Source: an uncultured Candidatus Saccharibacteria bacterium (lineage in GTDB: Bacteria; Patescibacteriota; Minisyncoccia; Phycocordibacterales; JAKAEA01). Taken from it: a stretch of 57,614 nucleotides of DNA. Below are positions 9,183-18,872 of this stretch, piece by piece. The notes beneath the pieces are model-generated. The model worked only from the letters and a program-made list of their open reading frames with translations. It ran no database searches and had not been told where the DNA came from. Where the stretch lies: NCBI GenBank assembly GCA_964520645.1, contig CAZFND010000004.1:1-57614 (forward strand), written 5' to 3'. A program made the position numbers and the translations under genes. Within the stretch, counting starts at the first letter, position 1, and each line of letters starts with the position of its first letter.

Positions 9183-10327
9183 AAAAGATCCTCATTTTTT
9201 CTGTAGCCTATCATCCATTTGTGGGAGGTGCAGAAGTCGCCGTTAAAGAAATTACTGATCGTCTTGTCGGAGATGCTTCTTTTGACATGATTACACTTAA
9301 TCTCGATGAACGTCAAAAAAAGGAGGAACAAATAGGAAATGTGCATGTATATAGAATAGGTGATGGTAGAAAAATAAGTAAATTACTTTTTCCATACTAT
9401 GCCTCAAAAAAAGCAGCAGAATTGCATCGACAAAAAAACTATAGTGCTATCTGGAGTATTATGGCTAGCTTTAGTGGATTTGCTGCATTGATTTTTAAAT
9501 ATAGGCATCCAGAGGTTCCATTTATTCTTACGTTACAAGAAGGGGATCCATTAGATGGTATAAAAAGCAAGGTAAGATTTGTGTATCCACTATTTAAAAG
9601 AATCTTTACAAAAGCAGATACCATTCAACCTATTTCAAATTATCTTGCGGATTTTGCTCGATCGATGGGTACAAAAGCTCCAATTACAGTAATTCCAAAT
9701 GGTGTTGATGTAGCATTGTTTTCTCAGGAGATTCCTGAAGAAGAAAAAAATGAACTCATGCAGGCTCTTAATAAACAACCTCATGACATATTTATCATTA
9801 CTACATCTCGTCTGGTAATTAAGAATGGTGTTGGTGATATTATTTCTGCACTTACATACCTTCCACAGAACATTAAATTGTTAATTGTAGGTACTGGTCC
9901 GCTTCTTGAAGAATTACGACAATTGACACGTACCAATGGAGTAGGGAATAGGGTAATGTTTTTGGGATTTGTAGATTATAAAACTATCCCACTCTATTTA
10001 GCGGTATCTGACATTTTTATTCGGCCATCACTTTCAGAAGGAATGGGAAATTCATTTATTGAAGCTATGGCAGCACGTGTCCCAGTGATTGCAACGCCGG
10101 TGGGGGGCATTCCAGATTTTCTTAAAAATCATGAAACTGGAGTTTTCTGTAATCCTCAAGATCCACGAGATATAGCAGAAAAAGTAAATCTTCTTCTTAA
10201 TGATGGCTATCTTACCAATAAAATTGTGGCTCAAGCTTTTACTCTTGTTTCTCAAAAGTATGATTGGAATAGTATAGCCAAAACTATGGCTGAAAAAGTG
10301 TTTGCTGTTGACTTTTTAAATAAATAG
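9179..10327 (+). CDS. GT4-family glycosyltransferase
   Basis: 382 aa. ATGA overlap with the upstream gene. N-terminus AYHPFVGGAEV, and an EX7E region SLSEGMGNSFIEAMAARVPVIATPVGG. Confidence 0.85.
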   Translation: MKKILIFSVAYHPFVGGAEVAVKEITDRLVGDASFDMITLNLDERQKKEEQIGNVHVYRIGDGRKISKLLFPYYASKKAAELHRQKNYSAIWSIMASFSGFAALIFKYRHPEVPFILTLQEGDPLDGIKSKVRFVYPLFKRIFTKADTIQPISNYLADFARSMGTKAPITVIPNGVDVALFSQEIPEEEKNELMQALNKQPHDIFIITTSRLVIKNGVGDIISALTYLPQNIKLLIVGTGPLLEELRQLTRTNGVGNRVMFLGFVDYKTIPLYLAVSDIFIRPSLSEGMGNSFIEAMAARVPVIATPVGGIPDFLKNHETGVFCNPQDPRDIAEKVNLLLNDGYLTNKIVAQAFTLVSQKYDWNSIAKTMAEKVFAVDFLNK

Positions 10328-10335
10328 TGTATAAT
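10325..10335 (+). promoter_or_regulatory. TAGTGTATAAT promoter-like 11-mer, copy 1 of 3
   Basis: Identical 11-mers occur at 10325, 47694 and 51118. TATAAT at 10330-10335 lies ~75 nt upstream of the ATG of GC-rich ORF 10411. Confidence 0.45.
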
Positions 10336-10410
10336 AGTGTAAGAATATGTAAATCGCCTACGATGTAGTGGGCGACACATTGAACAGAATTTTACACATG
10401 TGGGGCATAT

Positions 10411-10788
10411 ATGCTCAAACTGACTTTGTTTACTGCTTTGATGGGGGCAGCATTTGTGATCGCTATTTTGAACGGATCCAATCTGACTGCACCCCTTTCG
10501 AGGGCAATTGCACCAGATTGCATGTTGCCGGGATCGCATGAGATTCGGCAGGTGGAGTTAAGAATCACCAATTCCACCGGTGGTGATGTCACGCTCATCA
10601 TTGAAGGTGAGAAGGTTGTTGTTCCACCGAGTGGTCTCACTCATGTTGTGTGCCCACATATGGGTACGTACGGATCGTTGGAAGGACTCCTCGTGGTGAC
10701 CATCATGTGTGGAGGTGACAAGGTTGAGCGAGGACTGAATGGCGCTCATGTCGAAAATGGCCGGCCGGTTTTGTTCGTGTTACTTTAG
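10411..10788 (+). CDS. Hypothetical secreted protein, GC-rich and compositionally foreign
   Basis: 125 aa with a signal-like N-terminus MLKLTLFTALMGAAFVIAIL and four Cys. About 50% GC against ~30% in the flanks. GTGGGG lies 7 nt upstream and the gene has its own terminator. Confidence 0.55.
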   Translation: MLKLTLFTALMGAAFVIAILNGSNLTAPLSRAIAPDCMLPGSHEIRQVELRITNSTGGDVTLIIEGEKVVVPPSGLTHVVCPHMGTYGSLEGLLVVTIMCGGDKVERGLNGAHVENGRPVLFVLL

Positions 10789-10805
10789 TGGTTCTGTCGC
10801 ACGTT

Positions 10806-10842
10806 AACCCCCACCCGAGATAATCGGGTGGGGTTTTGTTTT
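10806..10842 (+). terminator. Rho-independent terminator
   Basis: CCCCACCCGA (10808-10817) pairs with TCGGGTGGGG (10824-10833), followed by TTTTGTTTT. Confidence 0.8.
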
Positions 10843-10867
10843 ATATGCTGAGTTGAGATATGCTTAG

Positions 10868-12019
10868 ATGATGAAGATTCTTATAACCACTGGCATATTT
10901 CGTCCTGAGCTTGGAGGGCCTGCAACACTAGCTGCAGAGCTTCCAAAACGCCTACAAGCTGCTGGACACACTGTTGGGGTTATTACTTATTCTGATAAGG
11001 CTCAGTACGATTTTGACACTGAATACACCTTTCCACTTATTAGAGTAGTGAGAACTAAGAGTAAGTTTAAAAACTATAAAAATTACTTTTTTACAGTGCT
11101 TAAGTATGGACGGAAATATGATCTTATTTATTCTTTAGATTGGTTTTCTGCCGGAGTGCCTGTTATGCTTGCGGCGAAAGTATTATTTAAGAAATATGTG
11201 GTGCGTGTTGGTGGAGGATATATTTGGGAAAAATATTTGTCTCAGAACAATCCACCACTGACTCTCAAAGAATTTTACAAACAAGGACTATACAAAAAAT
11301 ATAAGAGCATGTATTTTTTAATTAAAAGCGTCCTCAAAAGTGCAACAGTAGTGATTTTTAACTCAGATGAGCAAAGAGAGATATATGAAAAATATTATAA
11401 TTTGAGTTCAGCTCGGACTCGCACTATCTTTAATGTAGTCCCTGAGCATAAATTTGGTTTATTACTTCAGAGTTACAACTTAAATAATGAAACTCGAGAT
11501 AAAGAAATAGTATTTGCAGGACGGTTTATAAAAATGAAAAATGTAGAATCTCTGATAAAAGCTTTTTCAAGGCTTACTGATCCTGCATTTAAATTGTTAT
11601 TAATCGGTGAAGGTCCTACTGAACCTGAGCTTCGTAAGCTTGTTGCAGAATGTAATCTGAGTGAAAGAGTGACGTTTATGAAGCCATTATCACAGCTTGA
11701 ATTGTATCGACGAATTGCAAATTGTTACTATGTCATTATTCCAAGCTGGACTGATGTTTCGCCAAATCAAGTCTATGAATGTTTGGCTCTTGATATTCCA
11801 TTTTTGCTGACTCAAGAAACATATTTAAGTATTAATAAAAAAGAATTTCTTAAAATCAATCCGGCATCAGTAGATGATATAGCCGAAAAAATGAATCTAT
11901 TATTAGATCCAGAGCAGTACAATAATTTTACTCAATCTTTGAGCAAGCTTCGGTTTAAACGCAGTTGGAATCAGGTCGTGCAGGAACATATGGATATTTT
12001 TAATAGTGTTATTCACTAA
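10868..12019 (+). CDS. GT4-family glycosyltransferase
   Basis: 383 aa. N-terminus MKILITTGIFRPELGGPA. The C-terminal Rossmann half is divergent (SWTDVSPNQVYECLALDIPFLLT). Confidence 0.75.
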   Translation: MMKILITTGIFRPELGGPATLAAELPKRLQAAGHTVGVITYSDKAQYDFDTEYTFPLIRVVRTKSKFKNYKNYFFTVLKYGRKYDLIYSLDWFSAGVPVMLAAKVLFKKYVVRVGGGYIWEKYLSQNNPPLTLKEFYKQGLYKKYKSMYFLIKSVLKSATVVIFNSDEQREIYEKYYNLSSARTRTIFNVVPEHKFGLLLQSYNLNNETRDKEIVFAGRFIKMKNVESLIKAFSRLTDPAFKLLLIGEGPTEPELRKLVAECNLSERVTFMKPLSQLELYRRIANCYYVIIPSWTDVSPNQVYECLALDIPFLLTQETYLSINKKEFLKINPASVDDIAEKMNLLLDPEQYNNFTQSLSKLRFKRSWNQVVQEHMDIFNSVIH

Positions 12020-12024
12020 CTCGT

Positions 12025-13155
12025 ATGAATGTTATAAGTATAGGTACAGACAGAAAATTATTTGAAAAAGAGAGCGGGGTATATAAGCGTACTCTTGAGT
12101 ATAGTACTCTTTTTACCGAATTACACATAATAGTATTTGCAAAAAAGTCTCTTACATTAAAAGAGACCCAAATAGCTCCAAACGTGTGGATTTATCCGAC
12201 TAACTCTGTCTCAAAATTTTTCTATGTATGGGACGCACTCTCTCTTGCAAAAAAAGTTATACGTAAGAAAACATGGGATACGAAAAGCACAGTGATAACA
12301 TGCCAAGATCCATTTGAGACAGGACTTGTAGGAGTACGTCTAAAAAAGAAATTTAATTTTAAATTACAATTACAAATTCACACTGATTTTTTAAGTGCAG
12401 AATTTATTAAACAGACTCTTGTAAATAGATTGAGAGTAAAAGTAGCTCAATATACTCTAAAATATGCAGATTCTATCAGAGTTGTATCAGAAAGAATTAA
12501 ACGTTCTGTAATAGAAAAAATACAAATTTCTGAGAAAAAAATATCTGTGTTGCCTATTTTTGTAAATAGAGAACTATTTAATACTTCTCAATTGCAGCAT
12601 ATAACATTATACCCTCAATTCTCTTCTACTATTTTAATGGCTTCACGTCTCACGAAAGAAAAGAATATAATTTTTGCTTTAGATGTATTTAAAGAAGTCC
12701 GTGAGAAGTATCCCAAGACTGGATTGATTATTATAGGTGAAGGCCCAGAAGTCTCTAATTTAAAAGCTCATGCAAAAAAACTAAAGATTCAGGATTCTGT
12801 TATTTTTGAGCCATGGCAAAATAATTTGGCTTCATATTATGCGTCAGCAGACATCTTTTTGCTCACATCACTCTATGAGGGGTATGGAATGACGTTGGTA
12901 GAAGCTGGACTGTCAGGTGCTGCAATTGTCACATCTGATGTTGGTATTGCAGGAGATGCATTGAAAGATTCAGAGAACGCATTTATTTGTACTGTTAATA
13001 ATAAAGACGCTTTTGTACAAAAAATTTCCCAACTACTCTCAAATACTGAACTAAAAAATAAATTTAAAGTGCAGATACAAAAAGATATTAATAATTTTAT
13101 TTTACAAGATAAAAAAGAGTATCTGAAGTTATATAAACAAAGCTTAGAATTATAA
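12025..13155 (+). CDS. GT4-family glycosyltransferase
   Basis: 376 aa. Motifs GEGPE and SLYEGYGMTLVEAGLSGAAIVTSDVG. Confidence 0.85.
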   Translation: MNVISIGTDRKLFEKESGVYKRTLEYSTLFTELHIIVFAKKSLTLKETQIAPNVWIYPTNSVSKFFYVWDALSLAKKVIRKKTWDTKSTVITCQDPFETGLVGVRLKKKFNFKLQLQIHTDFLSAEFIKQTLVNRLRVKVAQYTLKYADSIRVVSERIKRSVIEKIQISEKKISVLPIFVNRELFNTSQLQHITLYPQFSSTILMASRLTKEKNIIFALDVFKEVREKYPKTGLIIIGEGPEVSNLKAHAKKLKIQDSVIFEPWQNNLASYYASADIFLLTSLYEGYGMTLVEAGLSGAAIVTSDVGIAGDALKDSENAFICTVNNKDAFVQKISQLLSNTELKNKFKVQIQKDINNFILQDKKEYLKLYKQSLEL

Positions 13156-13156
13156 T

Positions 13157-14194
13157 ATGAAATTACTTATTTTTACACAAAAGGTTGATAGTAATGATCC
13201 TGTGCTTGGATTTTTTCATCACTGGATAGAACAACTAGCAAAAAAATATAGTGAAGTTACAGTTATTTGTTTGCAAAAAGGGCACTATAATTTACCTAAA
13301 AATGTTACGGTACTTTCATTAGGTAAAGAAGAGGGAATCTCACGAGTTAAATATATTAAGAATTTTTATAAGTATATTTGGCAGGAAAAAAATAATTATG
13401 ATGCTGTATTTGTGCACATGAATCAGGAGTATGTGCTCTTGGGTGGAGTGCTCTGGAAACTATGGGGCAAAAAAATATATATGTGGCGCAACCATCATGC
13501 TGGAAGTATGCTTACTGATATTGCTGCAGCATTTTGCACGCATGTATTTTGCACATCAAAGTATTCGTATACAGCTAAGTATAAGAAAACTATTCTTATG
13601 CCAGTCGGTATTGATGTGGAAATATTTAAAAAACTACCTGATCTTAAAAAAGAAAGAACAGTTTTATTTCTTGCCAGAATAGCGCCAAGCAAAAAGCCGC
13701 ACATACTTATAGAAGCATGTAAGCTACTCAAGGAGAGAAATGTAGCTTTTACCGCAAGCTTGTATGGCAATGCATTGCCTCAAGATCAGGAATATTATAA
13801 TAATCTAAAAAAGTTAGTTACAGAGTACCGTTTAGAAAAGAATATTCAGTTTTATGCGGGGATACCTAACACCGAAACAGTTCATGTCTATAATGCGCAT
13901 GAAATAGTGGTAAATCTTAGTTCTAGTGGAATGTATGATAAGACTATATTTGAAGCAATGGCATGTGAATCACTTTCACTCGCTTCTAATCTGAATTTAA
14001 AAGGGGAGATAGAAGACATGTTTTTATTTAAAGAGAACGATCCAGAAGATTTGGCACAAAAATTGCAAGCGCTCATTCAATTATCTTCTTCTGAAAAAAA
14101 TGTGTATAGTAAAGCTCTGCGTGAGTATGTGATTAGAAAACACAGTCTGTCTGAATTGTCTCAGCGCTTAGCCAAGATAATAAACAATAATTAA
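13157..14194 (+). CDS. GT4-family glycosyltransferase
   Basis: 345 aa. Motifs MKLLIFTQKVDSNDPVLGFFHHW and SSSGMYDKTIFEAMACES. Confidence 0.78.
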   Translation: MKLLIFTQKVDSNDPVLGFFHHWIEQLAKKYSEVTVICLQKGHYNLPKNVTVLSLGKEEGISRVKYIKNFYKYIWQEKNNYDAVFVHMNQEYVLLGGVLWKLWGKKIYMWRNHHAGSMLTDIAAAFCTHVFCTSKYSYTAKYKKTILMPVGIDVEIFKKLPDLKKERTVLFLARIAPSKKPHILIEACKLLKERNVAFTASLYGNALPQDQEYYNNLKKLVTEYRLEKNIQFYAGIPNTETVHVYNAHEIVVNLSSSGMYDKTIFEAMACESLSLASNLNLKGEIEDMFLFKENDPEDLAQKLQALIQLSSSEKNVYSKALREYVIRKHSLSELSQRLAKIINNN

Positions 14195-14195
14195 T

Positions 14196-14834
14196 ATGCA
14201 AATACCATCTGTATTAAGATTAGCTGAGCATAATGCACTTAAATCATTGACGTTTAATGGATCTATATTAGATATAGGTGGCGATAAAAAGTCTGATTAT
14301 CAAAAGATTATTGGTGGTTCTCACAGCATTACCACTCTTAATTTAGATGAGAAATCTAAGCCAGATATTTTTCATGATTTAGAAAAGCCCCTTCCCATTG
14401 CTACTCAATCCTACGATCATGTGCTTCTTATTAATGTGCTAGAGCACATATTTAATTACAAAGAACTATTACAAGAGTCAGTTCGAGTGCTAAAACCTGG
14501 AGGAACGATAGTAATAATTGTCCCATTTTTATTTCCTGTACACCCATCTCCGCATGATTTCCGTAGATTTACTGCAGAGACTTTGCAGAAAGAGTTGGAG
14601 CTCATTGGGGTAAAAGATATAAAAATCAAAGCATTGGGTACTGGAGTATTCGGCGCCAGATATTTAATGCTTGATAGATTATTACCAGCACCCATTAGGT
14701 TTTTAAGATATTACAGTGTGAGATATGTGGCAGTGATAGGTGATGTTGTATTAGTGAAACTTGCAAAAATGCTTCGCAAAAAATATGAACCGACTGACTA
14801 CGCTGTTGGATATTGTGTCACTGCAATAAAATGA
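14196..14834 (+). CDS. Class I SAM-dependent methyltransferase
   Basis: 212 aa. Motifs ILDIGGD, NVLEHI, LKPGGTIVIIVP. Confidence 0.78.
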   Translation: MQIPSVLRLAEHNALKSLTFNGSILDIGGDKKSDYQKIIGGSHSITTLNLDEKSKPDIFHDLEKPLPIATQSYDHVLLINVLEHIFNYKELLQESVRVLKPGGTIVIIVPFLFPVHPSPHDFRRFTAETLQKELELIGVKDIKIKALGTGVFGARYLMLDRLLPAPIRFLRYYSVRYVAVIGDVVLVKLAKMLRKKYEPTDYAVGYCVTAIK

Positions 14835-15952
14835 ATAAACCAAAACTCTTATTTGGAATAAATGATTTTACTGCGGGAGGAGCGCAGCGTCTTATCGTTG
14901 ATTTGTTTACTTCAAAAGAGTTTGCTCAGTATGAGCTGCATCTTATTACGTTTTTTGAACTTCCACATAGAAATGATTTTTATGCTGAACTTCCATCTTA
15001 TGTATCCATCCATCGATTAAATTTGAATGGGGTAAAAGATCTAGCAGGCTGGAAAAGGCTAATTGTTACACTTAAAAAGATTAAACCAGATGCTGTAGTA
15101 TCACACCTTTTTTTCAGTAATTTTATGCTCAGAATCATGAAGTTGTATTTTGGATATCCAATTATTACGGTAGAGCATAATACGTATACTGATAAATCAT
15201 TTATTCTTAAAGCTGTCGATAAAATATTATCTCTTATTACGTTTAAAATTGTTGCTGTATCTAAGACAGTAGCTTTGTATACTCAAAAACAAGAGAAAAT
15301 TCCCGCATCAAAGTTCAGGGTTATTTATAATGGTATCAATCTAGAAAAGCTTAAAAAAACTCAGTCTACAAAAAGTGTTTCAGAACTCAAACAAGAATTG
15401 GGGTTTAAAGAGTCAGATAAAATAATTATTAATGTTGCACGGTTAACTCATCAAAAAAACCACCATTTACTTATAGAGTCTTTTGCACAGTTAAAGAAAT
15501 CTGATTCACATAAAGAATATAAACTAATTATTTTAGGCGATGGCGATTTAAAGCAAGAACTTCAAGAAAAAGTGCAAGCATTACATCTTGAAGAACATAT
15601 ACAATTATTAGGCTTCAAGAATCCATTTCTATACTATGCGATAAGTGATTTTTTCATTTCAACATCAGAGATTGAGGGACTGAGCATTGCCTACATAGAA
15701 GCATTAGCATGTGGTGTGCCTATTGTAGCCACAAAAACTGCTGGTACAGATGAAATTATTAAAGATGGGTATAATGGCTACATTATTACAAAGCATGATA
15801 CTATGTCTGTTATTGCTGGGATAGAAAAAGTGATAGCTTCTAATCTAACTGATATGAAGCACAATGCCCAGCTTTCTTCTGAAAAATATTCTATTACTAC
15901 AACCGCACGAGAATACAAAGAACTTATTGAAGCACAGAATAATTCAAAATAA
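14831..15952 (+). CDS. GT4-family glycosyltransferase
   Basis: Start moved to ATG 14831 (MNKPKLLFG), which gives an ATGA overlap with the upstream stop. Motif SEIEGLSIAYIEALACGVPIVATKTAG. Confidence 0.85.
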   Translation: MNKPKLLFGINDFTAGGAQRLIVDLFTSKEFAQYELHLITFFELPHRNDFYAELPSYVSIHRLNLNGVKDLAGWKRLIVTLKKIKPDAVVSHLFFSNFMLRIMKLYFGYPIITVEHNTYTDKSFILKAVDKILSLITFKIVAVSKTVALYTQKQEKIPASKFRVIYNGINLEKLKKTQSTKSVSELKQELGFKESDKIIINVARLTHQKNHHLLIESFAQLKKSDSHKEYKLIILGDGDLKQELQEKVQALHLEEHIQLLGFKNPFLYYAISDFFISTSEIEGLSIAYIEALACGVPIVATKTAGTDEIIKDGYNGYIITKHDTMSVIAGIEKVIASNLTDMKHNAQLSSEKYSITTTAREYKELIEAQNNSK

Positions 15953-15954
15953 TT

Positions 15955-16734
15955 ATGACATTTGAAGAGATAACAAAAAAGTATGTTTATAGTCGCTATC
16001 CACGAGCAACTGTGCCTGAAAAAGAAAAGTATGTTCGAGATTGGCTCAAAAAAGTTGAGGTTTCTCGTTCTATTGTAAAAGATTTTGTAAAAAGAATAGG
16101 TGATGTCAAAGGAAAAAAAGTTCTCGATGCTGGATGTGGAAACGGAGGAATGAGTATTGCATTCTATGAAGCAGGAGCTATTCCTACTGGAGTTGAAGTT
16201 GAGAAAGAACTTTATGATATTGCTCACGTACATGCGCAATCATATTCTGCAAACATTAATTTTGTTTTATATGACGGCACAATTTTGCCTCTTCAAAGTA
16301 ATACATATGATAGTGCGATTTCTGTAAGTGTTCTTGAACATACCACAGATCCAGTGCTGTACCTTCAAGAAATTTTGAGAGTAATGAAGCCCGGGGGATC
16401 TCTGTACTTAGCATTTCCAAATAAACTCTGGCCAAAAGAAACTCACACCGGCTTATGGTTTCTTACATATTTACCTCTTTTCCTTATTAAAAAAGTCATA
16501 AAGTTATTTAATAGAAATCCGTTAGAAGATAATAATTTACACTTTTATAATTATTGGAACATGAAAAAGATGATTATTGAAGCTCAGGATGGTGCCTATA
16601 AATGGGTCATAGTTCCAGAAACAGGTGAGACATATAACAAGGTAAAAAAAGCTGTAAAGAAAGTGTTGGAATTATTTGGTTTATCATATAAAATGTTTTT
16701 ACCACATGTATCCGTCATCCTCAGAAAAGAATAA
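15955..16734 (+). CDS. Class I SAM-dependent methyltransferase
   Basis: 259 aa. Motifs VLDAGCGNGGMS, SVLEHT, MKPGGSLYLAFPN. Confidence 0.8.
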   Translation: MTFEEITKKYVYSRYPRATVPEKEKYVRDWLKKVEVSRSIVKDFVKRIGDVKGKKVLDAGCGNGGMSIAFYEAGAIPTGVEVEKELYDIAHVHAQSYSANINFVLYDGTILPLQSNTYDSAISVSVLEHTTDPVLYLQEILRVMKPGGSLYLAFPNKLWPKETHTGLWFLTYLPLFLIKKVIKLFNRNPLEDNNLHFYNYWNMKKMIIEAQDGAYKWVIVPETGETYNKVKKAVKKVLELFGLSYKMFLPHVSVILRKE

Positions 16735-17869
16735 AAAGATTAAAGTAGCTCTCATGAGCTATTCCATGGACAACCGTCAGGCAAAGGGTTCTGCGTTATA
16801 TACTCAAAAATTAATAGAGCAGCTTCTTTCTGATACGAAATTTGAATTCTTTTTCGTGCATTACGAGAAGACTAATGATGTCTTATATAAAAGAGCTCAA
16901 GAAATCATTATGCCTAAGGTAAAGTTACCATACGGATCTCGTTTTATTTCCCAACTTTTATTTTATTGGAAATATAGAAATAATAAATTTGATATTATCC
17001 ATTGGTTTCAGCCTCGAGTATATCCATTTTTTTGGCTTGCTCCAGCGTATAATAAAATTGTTACGGCTCACGGTGCAGGAGATATTACAGCTCCATCTTT
17101 TTTTAATTTTTCTAAACTAGTTTTTAATTTTACCCTTAAATATTTTAATAGATTGCTTGATATAGTCATTGCAGACTCTGAAGCAGCGCGACAAGAGGTG
17201 ATAACGTATTATCGTGTTCAACCTAAAAAAGTTAAAATAACATATTGTGGAGGAGGAGAGGATTACACACCTATTTCTAAAGAACTAGCCTTTCAAAAAG
17301 TAAGTAAAAAGTATAATATTTTTCATCCATACATTTTGACAGTGGGACGTTTGCAGCCTCACAAAAATATTCCTATGCTTATTAAAGCGTACAATCAAAT
17401 GAGGACACAGCACCCAGAGCGAACTGAACATCTAGTAATTGTGGGTAAGCCTCATTATGGTCATGACGAAATATATGCACTGGCAGCTGAATCTCCTTAT
17501 TCACTAGATATTCAGTTTATTTCTTATATAGAAATAAATGATTTAAATGCTCTGTATTCAGCAGCAGAAGTGTTTGTTTTTCCTTCATTAAATGAAGGAT
17601 TTGGATTACCTGTACTTGAAGCGATGGCATCAGGTGCTCCTGTTATTACCACTACCGTTACGTCACTACCAGAAATTGCGGGAGATGCGGGTATTCTTGT
17701 TGATCCTCATGATGCTACTGCATGTGCTAGCCATATGAATTCTATCTTATCTAATAAAAGTATTCGAGAGACTCTGATTCAGAAAGGGTTGGAACGAGCA
17801 AAGCACTTTACCTGGGCAAAGACTGGTGAAGCTACTAAGAAAATTTACTTAGATTTATTACAGAAATAA
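16706..17869 (+). CDS. GT4-family glycosyltransferase (start uncertain: 16706 or 16754)
   Basis: Motifs [41 protein letters not shown]. The track start at 16676 would overlap the upstream gene by 59 nt. Confidence 0.83.
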   Translation: MYPSSSEKNKKIKVALMSYSMDNRQAKGSALYTQKLIEQLLSDTKFEFFFVHYEKTNDVLYKRAQEIIMPKVKLPYGSRFISQLLFYWKYRNNKFDIIHWFQPRVYPFFWLAPAYNKIVTAHGAGDITAPSFFNFSKLVFNFTLKYFNRLLDIVIADSEAARQEVITYYRVQPKKVKITYCGGGEDYTPISKELAFQKVSKKYNIFHPYILTVGRLQPHKNIPMLIKAYNQMRTQHPERTEHLVIVGKPHYGHDEIYALAAESPYSLDIQFISYIEINDLNALYSAAEVFVFPSLNEGFGLPVLEAMASGAPVITTTVTSLPEIAGDAGILVDPHDATACASHMNSILSNKSIRETLIQKGLERAKHFTWAKTGEATKKIYLDLLQK

Positions 17870-17884
17870 CGATACAATATAGCT

Positions 17885-18868
17885 ATGAAATGTCAGCTTT
17901 GTAATAAGATTGGTGAACAGAAGTATTTAGAATCACATACTGATTCTGGAATAGAGTATAAGCTATACGAATGTGTGAATTGTCATGCTCAATATTGGCT
18001 GCCACTCAAAAATCCTGGCGCTGCATGGTACGAACACGATACTCGATATGCTGGGGCAAATAAAAATCCTCCGCTTGAGCCAAATTGGAATCATAAAAAA
18101 GTCATTTCATTTCTTTTTCCGTTTAAGGGTAACGTTTTAGATGTTGGGTGTGGTACTGGTAACTTTCTTGCTCATGCATACAAGCAGGGGTGGAATGTGG
18201 CGGGAATAGATTTTGATCGTAATGCGATACGTGCAGCACATGATGTCTTTGGTCTCAAAAATACAGAAGTAAATGATTTAAAAACTTATTATGATAAGCA
18301 TAAAGCTTCTCATCAACCACCCTTTGATCTTGTTACGTTTTTTGATGTATTTGAGCATATAGATAATCATGGAGAATTTTTGAGTCTTATTAAAAATATG
18401 TTGACTCCAAATGGGTTTATTTCAATGAGTATGCCGTATCGATATGGCTCACGATGGCTTCAGCCCAATGATCTTCCACCACGACATCTCACTCGATGGG
18501 ATCGATCTTCTCTTACTCGATATCTAGAAAATAATGGCTTTAAGGTAAAGTACATACGAAGGGGAGCAGCACCATTCTTCTTCATTGTCATGAAATTACG
18601 ATTTAAGTATGGCAAATATTTTTCTTTTGGTTTAGTAAAAAAAGCTCAGGAAAATAATAAAGAAAAAATACAGTCTCACGCACCAGCTGCTCTTATAAGT
18701 ACAAATAAAAGCAAGAAAAGCTTTAAAGTAACAGCAATTCATGCACTCGCTAAGACAAAAGACATTGTCATATTTGGGATACCCGCAGCCATCATATGGT
18801 TTGGGTTCTTATTTACGAGAAAGAGATATACTGATCTTTTTGCTATAGCCCAGAAAGTTTCCAATTAA
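17885..18868 (+). CDS. SAM-dependent methyltransferase with an N-terminal zinc ribbon and a C-terminal TM helix
   Basis: CQLC...CVNC pairs, VLDVGCGTGNF, FDVFEHI, and a C-terminal IVIFGIPAAIIWFGFLF. Confidence 0.78.
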   Translation: MKCQLCNKIGEQKYLESHTDSGIEYKLYECVNCHAQYWLPLKNPGAAWYEHDTRYAGANKNPPLEPNWNHKKVISFLFPFKGNVLDVGCGTGNFLAHAYKQGWNVAGIDFDRNAIRAAHDVFGLKNTEVNDLKTYYDKHKASHQPPFDLVTFFDVFEHIDNHGEFLSLIKNMLTPNGFISMSMPYRYGSRWLQPNDLPPRHLTRWDRSSLTRYLENNGFKVKYIRRGAAPFFFIVMKLRFKYGKYFSFGLVKKAQENNKEKIQSHAPAALISTNKSKKSFKVTAIHALAKTKDIVIFGIPAAIIWFGFLFTRKRYTDLFAIAQKVSN

Positions 18869-18872
18869 TACC

